Shown in pieces: positions 8,420-18,681 of a stretch of DNA of 64,000 bases. The stretch lies in the IMG/VR virus record IMGVR_UViG_3300008266_000038, positions 6,371-70,370 of that record; one strand, given 5' to 3'. A program made the position numbers and the translations under genes. Position 1 is the first letter of the stretch; every line of letters begins with the position of its first letter. The notes beneath the pieces were generated by a model. It was given only the letters and a program-made list of their open reading frames with translations, ran no database searches and had not been told where the DNA came from. Origin of the DNA: a virus.

Positions 8420-8554
8420 ATGCCACAGAAAAAACAAAAATTTAGAAACACAAAAGAGGTAAAAAAACGTTTAAAAGACGAAAAGAAAATGCCTAAAAAA
8501 TATTTCCCAACGGTAGAAGACTTGTATGGCGACTTATCTGATAAAAGGCAATAG
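8420..8554 (+). CDS. 44-aa basic peptide (not in track)
   Basis: MPQKKQKFRNTKEVKKRLKDEKKMPKKYFPTVEDLYGDLSDKRQ*; starts 2 nt after upstream stop. Confidence 0.5.
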   Translation: MPQKKQKFRNTKEVKKRLKDEKKMPKKYFPTVEDLYGDLSDKRQ

Positions 8555-8607
8555 ATTAAAGTATAGACAAAATCTATCAAAAGTTTCACATCTATAAAAA
8601 CAATCAA

Positions 8608-8639
8608 TTTGCACAATAAACTATAATTCAGTAGTTTTG
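8608..8639 (+). promoter_or_regulatory. promoter of methyltransferase operon
   Basis: TTTG(8608)-N20-TAGTTTTG(8632-8639). Confidence 0.55.
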
Positions 8640-8665
8640 ATAAAAATTAAATCAAATAAACTCTA

Positions 8666-10297
8666 ATGATAAAAACAGGTTCAGATTTTAGCGGTGTAGG
8701 AGCTTTTGACCAGGCTTTAGACAGACTTGGAATAAAACAAGATAAATTATTTGCTTGCGATATGGATAAATACGCAAGACAAACATATATCTTAAATTTT
8801 GGAGAACCTAAGTATTACCCAAAAGATGTTTATGAACGTGAAATACCTACTGAAAGTTTAGATATTTATATGACTTCTCCTCCTTGCCAAGCATTCAGTT
8901 TAGCAGGAAAACGTAAAGGTGAAGATGATAAACGTGGTATTTTATTCTACAACTCACACGAATTTATACAAAAAAACAAACCTCGCTTTTTTATATTTGA
9001 GAATGTAAAAGGACTTTTAAGCGATGATTCTGGAAAAACATTTCAAAGATGGATTGATTATTTAGGCGGTAAAACCGTAAATGGTAATCCTGTTATTTTT
9101 CCACACGAAGAAAGTGTTCCATATCATGTTTACTACCAAGTATTAAATGCTAAACATTACGGAATAGCACAAAACCGAGAACGCATTTTTATCATCGGCA
9201 TTCGTGATGATGAAGATAACAACTTCACATTTCCTAAACCATTTCCACTTGAAAAAAGATTGAAAGATGTTTTAGAAACTGAAGTTGATGAAAAGTATTT
9301 TTTGAGTGACAAGATGTTAGATGGTTTAATAAAATCAGGCGATAAATCATATATCAATCAAGATACTCAAGCGTCAAAAGTATTTTCAGAAGATGGAGAA
9401 AGCCCAAATATTTGTACAGGAACTCATGGTTATGCTAATGGTTATGTAGAAACTAAAATAGGTACTTGGAGAACTCACGAAGATGGAAAAGGATTTAGAG
9501 CCACAGAGGATAATAACTGCCCTACTATACCTGCAAGAGCAAGAGAAGATGGAAGTGGTCAGCCTGTGATTAAAATCGGAGCAATACGAGGTCGTAATCC
9601 AGACAATCCAAAAAGCAGAAAAAGTGGATTAGAAACGGAACAAATGCTTGAAATAAACGAAAACGGAACTTCAAATGCACTTACAACGGTTCAGAAAGAC
9701 AATGTAGTTGTTTATGATTTAACTAATGATTTTGGAGAAGAAAACCCAAGAGAATATACAGAATTTGCACCTTCTTTAAGAAGTTCAGGAAGTGGATTAG
9801 CTACTAATTCAAATCAAGTAATTATTCCTACCAACAACTCAAAAGGATTTGATTTAGCAGAAGAAGAAGAAGATTCTATTAATTTCAGCAATCCTAATTC
9901 AGAAACAAGACGAGGGCGAGTTGGTAAAAAAGTAAGTCAAACTTTAGATACGCAATGTAATCAAGGAATAGCGACAAAACAACTTTCAAAGCAACAACTT
10001 GAAAAATTAGAAAATTTACAAGTAGATGAGAATATTGCAGGTTGTATTACTCACGCAATAGGTAGAGCAGGTTCAAGTGATGAATATATTGCATCAGTAA
10101 AAAGAAATGCAATGATTACTCAAAGAATCCGTAGACTTACACCGCTTGAATGTTTCAAACTGATGGACTTCAATTTTGGTATTACAGGAGTTAAAGATTT
10201 TGTTTGGGATGTTTCAGATTCTCAGGCATACAAACAAGCAGGTAACAGTATTTGCGTTGGAGTTTTGGTAGAAATAATAAAAAAACTAAATTTGTAA
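8666..10297 (+). CDS. DNA (cytosine-5)-methyltransferase
   Basis: Motif I FSGVG, IV SPPCQAFS, VI ENVKG, VIII QNRERIF, IX RRLTPLEC, X YKQAGNS. Confidence 0.95.
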   Translation: MIKTGSDFSGVGAFDQALDRLGIKQDKLFACDMDKYARQTYILNFGEPKYYPKDVYEREIPTESLDIYMTSPPCQAFSLAGKRKGEDDKRGILFYNSHEFIQKNKPRFFIFENVKGLLSDDSGKTFQRWIDYLGGKTVNGNPVIFPHEESVPYHVYYQVLNAKHYGIAQNRERIFIIGIRDDEDNNFTFPKPFPLEKRLKDVLETEVDEKYFLSDKMLDGLIKSGDKSYINQDTQASKVFSEDGESPNICTGTHGYANGYVETKIGTWRTHEDGKGFRATEDNNCPTIPARAREDGSGQPVIKIGAIRGRNPDNPKSRKSGLETEQMLEINENGTSNALTTVQKDNVVVYDLTNDFGEENPREYTEFAPSLRSSGSGLATNSNQVIIPTNNSKGFDLAEEEEDSINFSNPNSETRRGRVGKKVSQTLDTQCNQGIATKQLSKQQLEKLENLQVDENIAGCITHAIGRAGSSDEYIASVKRNAMITQRIRRLTPLECFKLMDFNFGITGVKDFVWDVSDSQAYKQAGNSICVGVLVEIIKKLNL

Positions 10298-10298
10298 T

Positions 10299-10598
10299 AT
10301 GATCGAAAAACAAACTTTTATAGAAGCTATTGAAGCAATGCGTATTCAATACGAAAAGGATAAATTACATTCTGACAGCATTGGTAAAATTTTCAGTACA
10401 GAAGATTGCAATTTGTATGACAACGAAAACTTGTACAAAAAGATAATTGAGTTATTGAGAATTTGGTTTCCGGTTGATGAGAATGGATTTTGTGAGATTG
10501 AAACGTACTGCTTCCAAATGAACTTCGGAAAACCTACTCCAAATTCAGAATGGGAAACTCCGGAAATGCTTTATGAAAGATTAACTGCTAAAAACTAA
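10299..10598 (+). CDS. hypothetical protein
   Basis: ATG ORF in operon. Confidence 0.75.
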   Translation: MIEKQTFIEAIEAMRIQYEKDKLHSDSIGKIFSTEDCNLYDNENLYKKIIELLRIWFPVDENGFCEIETYCFQMNFGKPTPNSEWETPEMLYERLTAKN

Positions 10599-10602
10599 CT
10601 AT

Positions 10603-10857
10603 ATGATAAACGGACTTGAATTAAATATTTTTTGGTTAGAAAACGAAGACCAAATTAACCAAATGGAAATGGGACTTGAAATAAATGTAAGCGATTTAGA
10701 AACTAAACCAATTATGTTTTTCACCATTGACCATGTAAGACCAAGTAATGAGTTTTATTGTACAATAGTTAGTGGTGGTTTTGAGTACTTAGTTAATCAA
10801 CCATACGAGGTAGTTTTAGCGAAAATTCAAGAGCGTTTAACATTCAAATTGAATTAA
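10603..10857 (+). CDS. hypothetical protein
   Basis: ATG ORF in operon. Confidence 0.75.
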   Translation: MINGLELNIFWLENEDQINQMEMGLEINVSDLETKPIMFFTIDHVRPSNEFYCTIVSGGFEYLVNQPYEVVLAKIQERLTFKLN

Positions 10858-10859
10858 TT

Positions 10860-11699
10860 ATGGAAAGTAACGAAAATCAAGAAGAAGAAAAACCTAAAAA
10901 GAAAGTTCGCGGACCAGGCAAAAGACGAATGAAGTTGAAAAATGGTAAAAAGCACGAGGTATTAGTTCGAAAAAAACATTCTAACGTAGAAACCGGATTA
11001 AGTAAATACCAATTAGCTAAAAGAGAAGAGTTTTTAAAAGTACGAGAAGGAGAAACACATGAGCAGTATGTAATTAGAACTAAAAATTACAGAGTACTTA
11101 CTCCGGAAGACCAAGCGATAATTGATAATAGCTTTTCAGGAAAACTCCGAAAGAAAAAAGAGGAAGCAAGGAAGTTAAAACAAAGACATTACTTTTCATC
11201 ACAAGAACTTTCACAAATTAAGCAGCGAGAGTTTTACGAATTAAAGTACTTGCAAATAGTTCTTAGATATTGTGGTATTAAATTCGGAATGACATCTCAG
11301 GATTTAAAATTAGCGTTGTTTTTCTACGATAACCGACCTTTTACAAGAGAAGAGTTTAATTATGTAGCAAGTCTTCAATTAGAGAAGCAAATGGCTATTT
11401 TTAAGCATTTTTTAGAAAAAGGCTACATTCGAAAAGTGGTGAAAACTATTATTGGGAAAAGAGGAGGAGAAACAATAAAAGATACTGGAAAGTATATGCT
11501 ATCAAATCAAATGGTAGTAAGGATTACAAAATTCTATGAAACTTTCAATGAGATTCAAAAACTTGACAAGAATGAAATCACACAAGATTTAATGATTGCG
11601 GAAATCCAAACAATAGTAAACACAATAGAACGCGAAGCCAAGCAAATCAAATCAGGTAAAAAGAACGCGGACACTATTGTTCCAACAGATAATAATTAA
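10860..11699 (+). CDS. basic protein with possible winged-helix C-terminal domain (candidate regulator)
   Basis: Lys/Arg-rich N-terminus; FTREEF...FKHFLEKGYIRKV wHTH-like segment. Confidence 0.5.
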   Translation: MESNENQEEEKPKKKVRGPGKRRMKLKNGKKHEVLVRKKHSNVETGLSKYQLAKREEFLKVREGETHEQYVIRTKNYRVLTPEDQAIIDNSFSGKLRKKKEEARKLKQRHYFSSQELSQIKQREFYELKYLQIVLRYCGIKFGMTSQDLKLALFFYDNRPFTREEFNYVASLQLEKQMAIFKHFLEKGYIRKVVKTIIGKRGGETIKDTGKYMLSNQMVVRITKFYETFNEIQKLDKNEITQDLMIAEIQTIVNTIEREAKQIKSGKKNADTIVPTDNN

Positions 11700-11712
11700 A
11701 AACCAAGTAAAA

Positions 11713-11913
11713 ATGAACACAGAAGAATTAATCAACAAGAAAGTTAAGCACAAGTTTCACGAAAAAAACGTGCTTTTTGAAGTAGCGAGTTTAAACTCAA
11801 AATTTGAAGGAATGGTAATGCATAAAACTGATTACGTTGACATCGATGGAAAAGATTACATCAATCCAAGAAACGTAGATTTCTCAGTAGCCAAAGAAAA
11901 AAAGAAAAAGTAA
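11713..11913 (+). CDS. hypothetical protein
   Basis: Likely ATG at 11713 (MNTEEL). Confidence 0.65.
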   Translation: MNTEELINKKVKHKFHEKNVLFEVASLNSKFEGMVMHKTDYVDIDGKDYINPRNVDFSVAKEKKKK

Positions 11914-11933
11914 CCAAATAAATTTTAAATACA

Positions 11934-12200
11934 ATGACAAAAGCAGATTTAGTAAAAGAAGTATCAAGAGAAACAGGAATCACTTTAGCTGATGCAGCAA
12001 TCGCAGTTGATTCTACATTAAAGAACATTGCTAAATGTACTGAGAAAGATGGAGTCTTATCTATCAAAGGTTTTGGAACATTCAAAACTCAGATTTCTAA
12101 AGAAAGAATGGGTAGAGTTCCAAGTACAGGTGAAGTAGTAAAAATCCCTTCAAGAAAAGTAGCGAAATTTAAAGCTTCAAAAGAGTTCTTAGGAAAGTAA
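11934..12200 (+). CDS. hup: HU/IHF-family DNA-binding protein
   Basis: MTKADLV...IKGFGTF...RMGRVPSTGEVVKIP...KFKASK. Confidence 0.93.
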   Translation: MTKADLVKEVSRETGITLADAAIAVDSTLKNIAKCTEKDGVLSIKGFGTFKTQISKERMGRVPSTGEVVKIPSRKVAKFKASKEFLGK

Positions 12201-12220
12201 TCAAAATTGATCTAAAATTA

Positions 12221-12251
12221 AAAAAGCCTTGACGTAATATCAAGGCTTTTT
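12221..12251. terminator. bidirectional intrinsic terminator
   Basis: AAAAAGCCTTGA-CGTAATA-TCAAGGCTTTTT between convergent hup and groES. Confidence 0.85.
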
Positions 12252-12273
12252 GTTTTAAAAAATATTCAGAAAA

Positions 12274-12549
12274 CTAGATTAAGGCGACTAAATCAGCGTA
12301 GTAAAAAGTTTTGTAATGCTCACCATCAATAATCAAATCCGATGCCTTATAATTATCAAACAAAACTTCTTGACCAATTTCTATTGTATGCTTGTCATCA
12401 ACTTTAGGACAAAGTTCACCAAAACTCACAATAGTACCTTTTCGGTATTTTTCATTTTTATCTGATTCTGATGTAATATCAATTCCAGAAGCAGTAATAT
12501 TTTCGATATGTGATTCTTTTACAATCACTACATAGTTAAGTGCTTTCAT
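12274..12549 (-). CDS. groES: co-chaperonin GroES
   Basis: KALNYVVIVK...TASGI...KGTIVSFG...IGQEVLF; adjacent to groEL. Confidence 0.88.
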   Translation of the reverse strand: MKALNYVVIVKESHIENITASGIDITSESDKNEKYRKGTIVSFGELCPKVDDKHTIEIGQEVLFDNYKASDLIIDGEHYKTFYYADLVALI

Positions 12550-12552
12550 TTT

Positions 12553-14094
12553 TTACTTGTTTTTATAAGTTAAAACATTTGCTGAACGCAGTAAAGTGTT
12601 ACTTGCTGAAATAGAATTAATCAAAGCGTTTTTAACCACTTTTTTAGCATCAATAATACCTGCATCAAACATATTTACCTCCTTGAAGTTTTTAACATCA
12701 TATCCGTTTGGATATTGAGGTAAAGTTTCAGGTTTATATGAAGCATTTTCCAAAATCTTTCTATAAGGAGCTGAAATAGATTTTTTAGTAACTTCATCTA
12801 AATCTAGTTTCTCAATAGCTGACAACAAAGCCATTCCGCCACCTGCAACAATACCTTCTTCTTTAGCTGAACGAACTGCTCCAACCGCATCATCAACACG
12901 AGCAATTTTTTCTTCTACTTCTGCAGGAGTAATACCGCCTACCTTAATCATAGAAATTCCACCTGAAAGCTTTGCTATTCTACTTTCGATATTCTTTCTA
13001 AGAACGTAATTCTTGTCAGCTAATTTTGCTTGTTCTTTCAATTCAGATACTTTACCATCAATAGGTTCAGTAGGAGTATCATCGTGTCTTACAATAACAG
13101 TATTTTCTTTGGTTACAACAACTGATTTTGCAACACCTAAATACATCGCTTCTCTTCCTGTAAAATCTGCTCCAGAAAGCGAAGAAATCATTTCTGTATT
13201 ACAAACCAATGCCAAATCCATAAGTAACTCTTCACGTTTCTTACCAATTGCAGGCGGTTTTACAATACAAAATCTATGATTGTATTTCACTTTGTTAACC
13301 AAAATTGCTTCCTCAACGTTGTAATCAAGTTCAGAAATGATTAAAAGTTCTCGATTATTCTGAACAGCAAACTCCAAGAAAGGAACAATTTGTTTAATCG
13401 TCGTGAAGTTAATATTAGAAATCAAAACCAACGGATTGTCTTCTAAAACTACTGATTGTGTAGAATGTACGTTAACAAATCTCTCGTTAGCATAACCTCT
13501 TTCTACTAAAGTACCTTCAGTATGCTCAATAAAAGTATTGTCGTTATTTGAGTTTACAAATCCAACAGAACCATTTTCACCTGCTTGTTTATAAGCATCA
13601 GTAATAAGTTGTGCAATTTCTTCATCACCATTTGCAGAAGTTTTAGCAACGTGATAAATCATTTCATCGGTAATTGGAATTGCAAGTTCATCAAGATACG
13701 CTACAATCTTATCTCTTGACTTTTCGATTTCTTGTTTAATTTCAATTGCAGATTTTTCACCTTTTTCTAATTCGTCAAATGAATTGTTTAAAAAACTTTG
13801 GGTAAGAACACAAGTTGCTGTGGTTCCATCTGCTGCTTCGTCAACTGTTTTTGTACTTGCTTCTTTTACTGTTTCCCATGCTAAACTTTCAACAGGGTCT
13901 TCTAAAAATATAGCTTCCGCTACAGATATTCCATCTTTTGTCGAATGAGGAAGTCCTCCTTTAGATATTAAAACCAAATTTCCCTGAAACCCCATTGTAC
14001 TACCAACAGCATTTGCTCCTTTATTTACACCATTTCTGATTTTTTCTTTGGCAGACTCGCCACTCGTAATTGTAGTGTGAAATTCTTGACTCAT
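12553..14094 (-). CDS. groEL: phage chaperonin GroEL
   Basis: TKDGISVA, ADGTTAT, TSANGD, RIAKLSGG, GIVAGGG, GIID motifs. Confidence 0.95.
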   Translation of the reverse strand: MSQEFHTTITSGESAKEKIRNGVNKGANAVGSTMGFQGNLVLISKGGLPHSTKDGISVAEAIFLEDPVESLAWETVKEASTKTVDEAADGTTATCVLTQSFLNNSFDELEKGEKSAIEIKQEIEKSRDKIVAYLDELAIPITDEMIYHVAKTSANGDEEIAQLITDAYKQAGENGSVGFVNSNNDNTFIEHTEGTLVERGYANERFVNVHSTQSVVLEDNPLVLISNINFTTIKQIVPFLEFAVQNNRELLIISELDYNVEEAILVNKVKYNHRFCIVKPPAIGKKREELLMDLALVCNTEMISSLSGADFTGREAMYLGVAKSVVVTKENTVIVRHDDTPTEPIDGKVSELKEQAKLADKNYVLRKNIESRIAKLSGGISMIKVGGITPAEVEEKIARVDDAVGAVRSAKEEGIVAGGGMALLSAIEKLDLDEVTKKSISAPYRKILENASYKPETLPQYPNGYDVKNFKEVNMFDAGIIDAKKVVKNALINSISASNTLLRSANVLTYKNK

Positions 14095-14120
14095 ATAATT
14101 AAATTTAGATTAAATGTAAG

Positions 14121-14152
14121 CAAATGTAGTAATAATCAAAAACATAAGCAAA
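14121..14152 (-). promoter_or_regulatory. groEL-groES promoter
   Basis: TTTG-N20-TACATTTG on minus strand. Confidence 0.7.
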
Positions 14153-14164
14153 TTTTAAAATGTT

Positions 14165-14210
14165 ATAGATTTTTTTTATACTTTTGTTGAGTATAATAGA
14201 AAAACTTTAT
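14165..14210 (+). promoter_or_regulatory. late promoter with two ATAGA-N5-TTTAT boxes
   Basis: -7 TACTTTTG at 14179-14186; boxes at 14165 and 14196. Confidence 0.6.
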
Positions 14211-14227
14211 AATTAAAAATATAAGCT

Positions 14228-15910
14228 ATGGCAAAATATAATTTCGACGTATCAGGAAGTCAATTAATCGTTTCACTCGTTCCTGTTTTAGACGATGTTC
14301 AACCAACATCAATGAGTTATTTGGCTCCAAGTTTCAAAATTGGAGTAGGAAAAATTAACGCTTACGAGCATGGTCAACCAAAACAATCTTTTTTATTCAC
14401 AGAAATAGGAGAAATTGATGGAGTAGAACCTACAGATTTGCAAGATGCGTTTGACAAATTAACCGCATTAGCTGGAAATTTTAATGGGGGCGGTGCAGCC
14501 CCTTATAAAGAATATACTTTTAATACTACTGTTTCTCAATCTTTTGGTGATTCAATTACAGTAGGACAAAATTCAACAGGCGATAATAGTTATATTAAAT
14601 TGCTTTGTGATTTATACGGAACAACAAATACTAATAGAGCGGTTTCAGCGCGTGGAATTTGGGAAGCGTGCCGACTACATAACGCAAATGTAAACCCAAC
14701 TACTAACGCGTTTTCTGTTGTAATGGCGGGTTTTAATGATGTTAGACGTGGTGGAAATGCAGTTAAAACCTTTTCTAAAATTGAAAATGGTTATAAAGGA
14801 ATTATTGTAAATCAATTTATGCGTACTTCTTTAGCAGGTAATACTGTTAGTGCTTTTATAACACGCTCAGGAACTTGGAGTGCTTATGCAGCGGATAGTG
14901 TTGGGGGTAAATATAGTACTGGTTCTTGGTCGCAAATAAGCGGTAATTATATTGAATATGCTTTTTCTGATAATAATGTAATACTTGGAATGATTGGTGG
15001 TGATGGTGTGACTCAAATTTATGGGGATTTTGATGTGCATATAGATGGAATTCTACAAGGGAGTTATTCCGTAAATAACAAAACTGACGGGATAAGCGAT
15101 GGTGTAAATACAAATAATCGTTCACCTTACATTTTATTCTTTACAGGTTTAGCAGATGGAAATCACACAATCAGAGTTACTTTAACTAATAATTTACCGG
15201 TGCCAGTTGATTATTTCGGACATTTAAAAGATCCTAATTTGTGTACTCCAATTTTGTTAATGGAAGCACCAAAAATGAATACTACTGGATATGCAATAGC
15301 TCCTGCTAACGCAAACGATACTATTATTACGGAATTAAACAATTTGATTAATTCAGTTGCTGGTTTGTTTTCAAGTCAATATCCAATAATCATAGGTAAA
15401 ACTAATGATTACTATGATATTACAACAGGTTTAGATACTGATAATATACACCCAAATAATTTAGGGCATAGACAAATATATCAGGCTGGTTATGAAGCGT
15501 TAAGAGAGGTTATTTTAGTTCAAATCCCAGTAAGTACCAACTTACTGTTAAGTAATAATAGTTGGACAGGAACAAACGATTTTACACAAAGAGTTAAAAC
15601 TTCAAGTGGTATGCAAATGCAAGGAGCTTTAACGACTCCAACTGGCGTAGGAGTTGAGATTGAATATAATTTATCAGAAGGATATGTAACATCTTATAAT
15701 AGAAGTTCATCAAGTTGGGTTAATCTAAATATAAGAGGGGCTATTTTAAAATTCTTTTCGGGGGGAACTCAAAGAATAGAAGTTAATACCAATGGTTTAA
15801 AGTTAAATACTTTACCAACTTATGCAGATGACACAACCGCTGGAGCTGGTGGTTTAGCATCTGGACAGCTTTATAAAACAGCAACAGGAGAAGTAAGAGT
15901 AAAATTATAA
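14228..15910 (+). CDS. tail-associated SGNH/GDSL hydrolase
   Basis: FGDSIT, GFND, DNIHPN blocks; fibre-like C-terminus. Confidence 0.75.
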   Translation: MAKYNFDVSGSQLIVSLVPVLDDVQPTSMSYLAPSFKIGVGKINAYEHGQPKQSFLFTEIGEIDGVEPTDLQDAFDKLTALAGNFNGGGAAPYKEYTFNTTVSQSFGDSITVGQNSTGDNSYIKLLCDLYGTTNTNRAVSARGIWEACRLHNANVNPTTNAFSVVMAGFNDVRRGGNAVKTFSKIENGYKGIIVNQFMRTSLAGNTVSAFITRSGTWSAYAADSVGGKYSTGSWSQISGNYIEYAFSDNNVILGMIGGDGVTQIYGDFDVHIDGILQGSYSVNNKTDGISDGVNTNNRSPYILFFTGLADGNHTIRVTLTNNLPVPVDYFGHLKDPNLCTPILLMEAPKMNTTGYAIAPANANDTIITELNNLINSVAGLFSSQYPIIIGKTNDYYDITTGLDTDNIHPNNLGHRQIYQAGYEALREVILVQIPVSTNLLLSNNSWTGTNDFTQRVKTSSGMQMQGALTTPTGVGVEIEYNLSEGYVTSYNRSSSSWVNLNIRGAILKFFSGGTQRIEVNTNGLKLNTLPTYADDTTAGAGGLASGQLYKTATGEVRVKL

Positions 15911-15917
15911 AAATTAC

Positions 15918-17204
15918 ATGACAAAGATTAGCAATCAAAGAGCGTATATTCCTGATGAGGAAATAAATGGGTTAGACTATTTACCTGGAACTGATTTTGA
16001 CCAAGCATTAAAAACGGTTAATTTCAGAGTTCAGGATTTAGGCACACATTACAACCAAGTAAACGGAGTAAGGAACTTTGATTATAATTTTTATCAACAC
16101 GTTGGACCGACCGCAAAACCTGTTGATGGGTACTTTTACTCAAATTCCAACGAGCAAGACCCAAACAATATAACTCATTTCATATTTTCAAAGAAAACCG
16201 CAAGACTAAAAGATACTACTAATTTTTTTGAAAGTATTGCTACTGAAAATCCATTTGATTTAATTATTGCTCAGAAAGTAGATATTAATACTATTTTCTT
16301 TTTTAGAATAGATTCTATTGAAACTTTCAGTAGTTATTACAAACTAAATGTTTCAGAAGTATTTTTCCCAAATGGTAAAGAATTATCATACACTTTAAGT
16401 AATGCAGTATTTAATCTAAAATCAGAAGGAATTTCTATTCATAACCAATTAAATGGTTTAAACGATGGGGATTATATTCATTTGACACAAGCTGAAAAAG
16501 ATAGATTAGACAATTTACCTGAAAGTGTACCAACTAAAACTTCTGAGTTAATTAACGATGGATCTGACGAAACTTCTACTTATGTAGAAGCCGATGAGTT
16601 AAGTCTTGTTGCTTTTTCAAACAACTACAATGATTTAGACAACGTACCACTTATACCAGTTGTATCAACATTAATCAAGGAAGAATTTATTTTCTCAGGA
16701 AGCCAAACTTTTACATTAGCTAATAACTATGCTCAAGTATATTCAGTTGAAGTACAAGGACAAGGAGCTTTATCTACAAGTCAATATACTTTAGTTCCTC
16801 TAAATCAAGTCACAATTAATGATACTTTAGACACAGGAGATTATGTAGTGATTATGTATTCAGATGCTTCAGCAGGGGTAGTACCATATTATACACAGGC
16901 TCAAGTTGATGTGTTTTTAGCTTTAAAAGAAAATAAGTTAAAACCACCTACTAAAATTAATTCAAATTATACCATATTAAGTACAGATGAAATTATTATA
17001 TGTGAAACGAATAGTTTTAATGTAACACTACCTACTGCTGTAACAAATAATGGTAGAAAAATAACAGTTACAAGTCTATCAACAGGAATTATTACATTAG
17101 TTCCTTTTGGGGCAGAAACAATACAAGGAGAAACAACACAATTAATTTATGAAAACGAAACCTTTGATTTATTTTCAGATGGTATAAATTGGATAGTAAT
17201 ATGA
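15918..17204 (+). CDS. tail fibre/structural protein
   Basis: N-terminus similar to 22324 ORF; C-terminal VTLPTA...SDGINW fibre-type module. Confidence 0.6.
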   Translation: MTKISNQRAYIPDEEINGLDYLPGTDFDQALKTVNFRVQDLGTHYNQVNGVRNFDYNFYQHVGPTAKPVDGYFYSNSNEQDPNNITHFIFSKKTARLKDTTNFFESIATENPFDLIIAQKVDINTIFFFRIDSIETFSSYYKLNVSEVFFPNGKELSYTLSNAVFNLKSEGISIHNQLNGLNDGDYIHLTQAEKDRLDNLPESVPTKTSELINDGSDETSTYVEADELSLVAFSNNYNDLDNVPLIPVVSTLIKEEFIFSGSQTFTLANNYAQVYSVEVQGQGALSTSQYTLVPLNQVTINDTLDTGDYVVIMYSDASAGVVPYYTQAQVDVFLALKENKLKPPTKINSNYTILSTDEIIICETNSFNVTLPTAVTNNGRKITVTSLSTGIITLVPFGAETIQGETTQLIYENETFDLFSDGINWIVI

Positions 17205-18385
17205 GTAATTTAAGAACAGTAGATGTGTCAAGAAATGAATTAGGCTACGATGCGTGGGGGCGTAATAAAGTTGTGCTTGACAAGTCTTTATTTCATGGAA
17301 TGTTTACTTTTAATGTACCTGTAAGTAAATGGGAAGAAAAAATTAACGGAGTAATTCAAACCACTTTTGTAAATGCTACTTCTGAAAACGGAGAATTGCA
17401 TTTAGTGTCAGGTGCAACATTCAATGATTTTACAACATTAAGAAGTTTTAGAAACCCACGCTACCAACCAAACAGAGGTCATTTATATTCATCTTCTATA
17501 TTTTTACCAAATGTTAATCATTTAGGTAGTAGAAGATTTGGAGACTTTACAAGTGAGAGTGGGGCTTTTTTTGAATTAGAAAGCGGTACTTTATACGCTG
17601 TTATAAGAACTACTATAAATGCAGTCACAAGTGATGACAGATATTTAATTAATACAACAGGAATAGACTTATCAAAAGGAAATATTTTTGATATTCAAAG
17701 ACAATGGCGTGGAGTTGGAAATTATAAGTTTTTCATTAATGAAAAAGAGGTTAAAAAGATTTCTTATTTAGGAACGAAAACAAATCTAACAATGTTTAAT
17801 CCTGCAAATCCCGTAGCATTTGAGTGTGAGAATTTAGGGAACAACGTTAAGATTATTTGCGGTTGTGTAGATGTAACAAGCGAGGGAGGAGATTCAAATG
17901 GTAAAACTTACGGAAGCATAGGTGTCGAAAACACAACTGGAGAGGTTTCTTTGACAGGGTATAATGTTCCTGCAATAGCCGTAAGAAGTAAATTAACAGT
18001 AGGTGGGTTAATTAACACAAGAGATACTATAGCATTATTAGCGAGTGCTTATAGTGACCAAAAAAGTATTTTAAGGGTTTGGGCAACAAGAGATTTTACA
18101 GCAATCACACCTAATTCACAGAGTTGGACTGATTTTGGTGATGGACATTTAGAATATATTATAAATAGTGGTATTGCTGGACAAATGACTTTTAATACCG
18201 CAAAAGCTAATTTAATTTTTACTTGTCGTGTTAATATTGATGAAACATACTCAACAAGTGCTTTATTTGAAGGTAGAACTGAAATTATAAAAAGTCCTGG
18301 CGATATGTTTATTTTTACATTACATAGAGAAAATGGTGGACTACATTCAGGAGGGGTTACTTATGAATTTGCAGAAGAAATTTAA
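17201..18385 (+). CDS. virion structural protein, beta-rich (possible lectin-like fold)
   Basis: DAWGR...RYQP...QWRGVG motifs; located in tail module. Confidence 0.5.
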   Translation: MSNLRTVDVSRNELGYDAWGRNKVVLDKSLFHGMFTFNVPVSKWEEKINGVIQTTFVNATSENGELHLVSGATFNDFTTLRSFRNPRYQPNRGHLYSSSIFLPNVNHLGSRRFGDFTSESGAFFELESGTLYAVIRTTINAVTSDDRYLINTTGIDLSKGNIFDIQRQWRGVGNYKFFINEKEVKKISYLGTKTNLTMFNPANPVAFECENLGNNVKIICGCVDVTSEGGDSNGKTYGSIGVENTTGEVSLTGYNVPAIAVRSKLTVGGLINTRDTIALLASAYSDQKSILRVWATRDFTAITPNSQSWTDFGDGHLEYIINSGIAGQMTFNTAKANLIFTCRVNIDETYSTSALFEGRTEIIKSPGDMFIFTLHRENGGLHSGGVTYEFAEEI

Positions 18386-18396
18386 AATATAAAATT

Positions 18397-18681
18397 ATGA
18401 TAATTACAGCGAACACGAAAGGAATAACAATAGATGTTACAGGAAATGCAGAATTAACAGCATTGTATCAATCAAGAAAGGTATCTGTATTTACACATAA
18501 TATTGATGTCTTTGTAATTAAAAACGATTCAGTAATTGGAGAATGTTTATTTATTTCTGATTTTGACCATCATGAATATTGTATAAATCAAACAAATGTA
18601 ACGTCTATAAATGGTGTTAGTGTTTTTGCAAACGTAGATACAGTATTTAACGCTATTAATAACGCTTTATTAGGAGTATAA
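18397..18681 (+). CDS. hypothetical tail-module protein
   Basis: ATG ORF coupled to next gene. Confidence 0.7.
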   Translation: MIITANTKGITIDVTGNAELTALYQSRKVSVFTHNIDVFVIKNDSVIGECLFISDFDHHEYCINQTNVTSINGVSVFANVDTVFNAINNALLGV

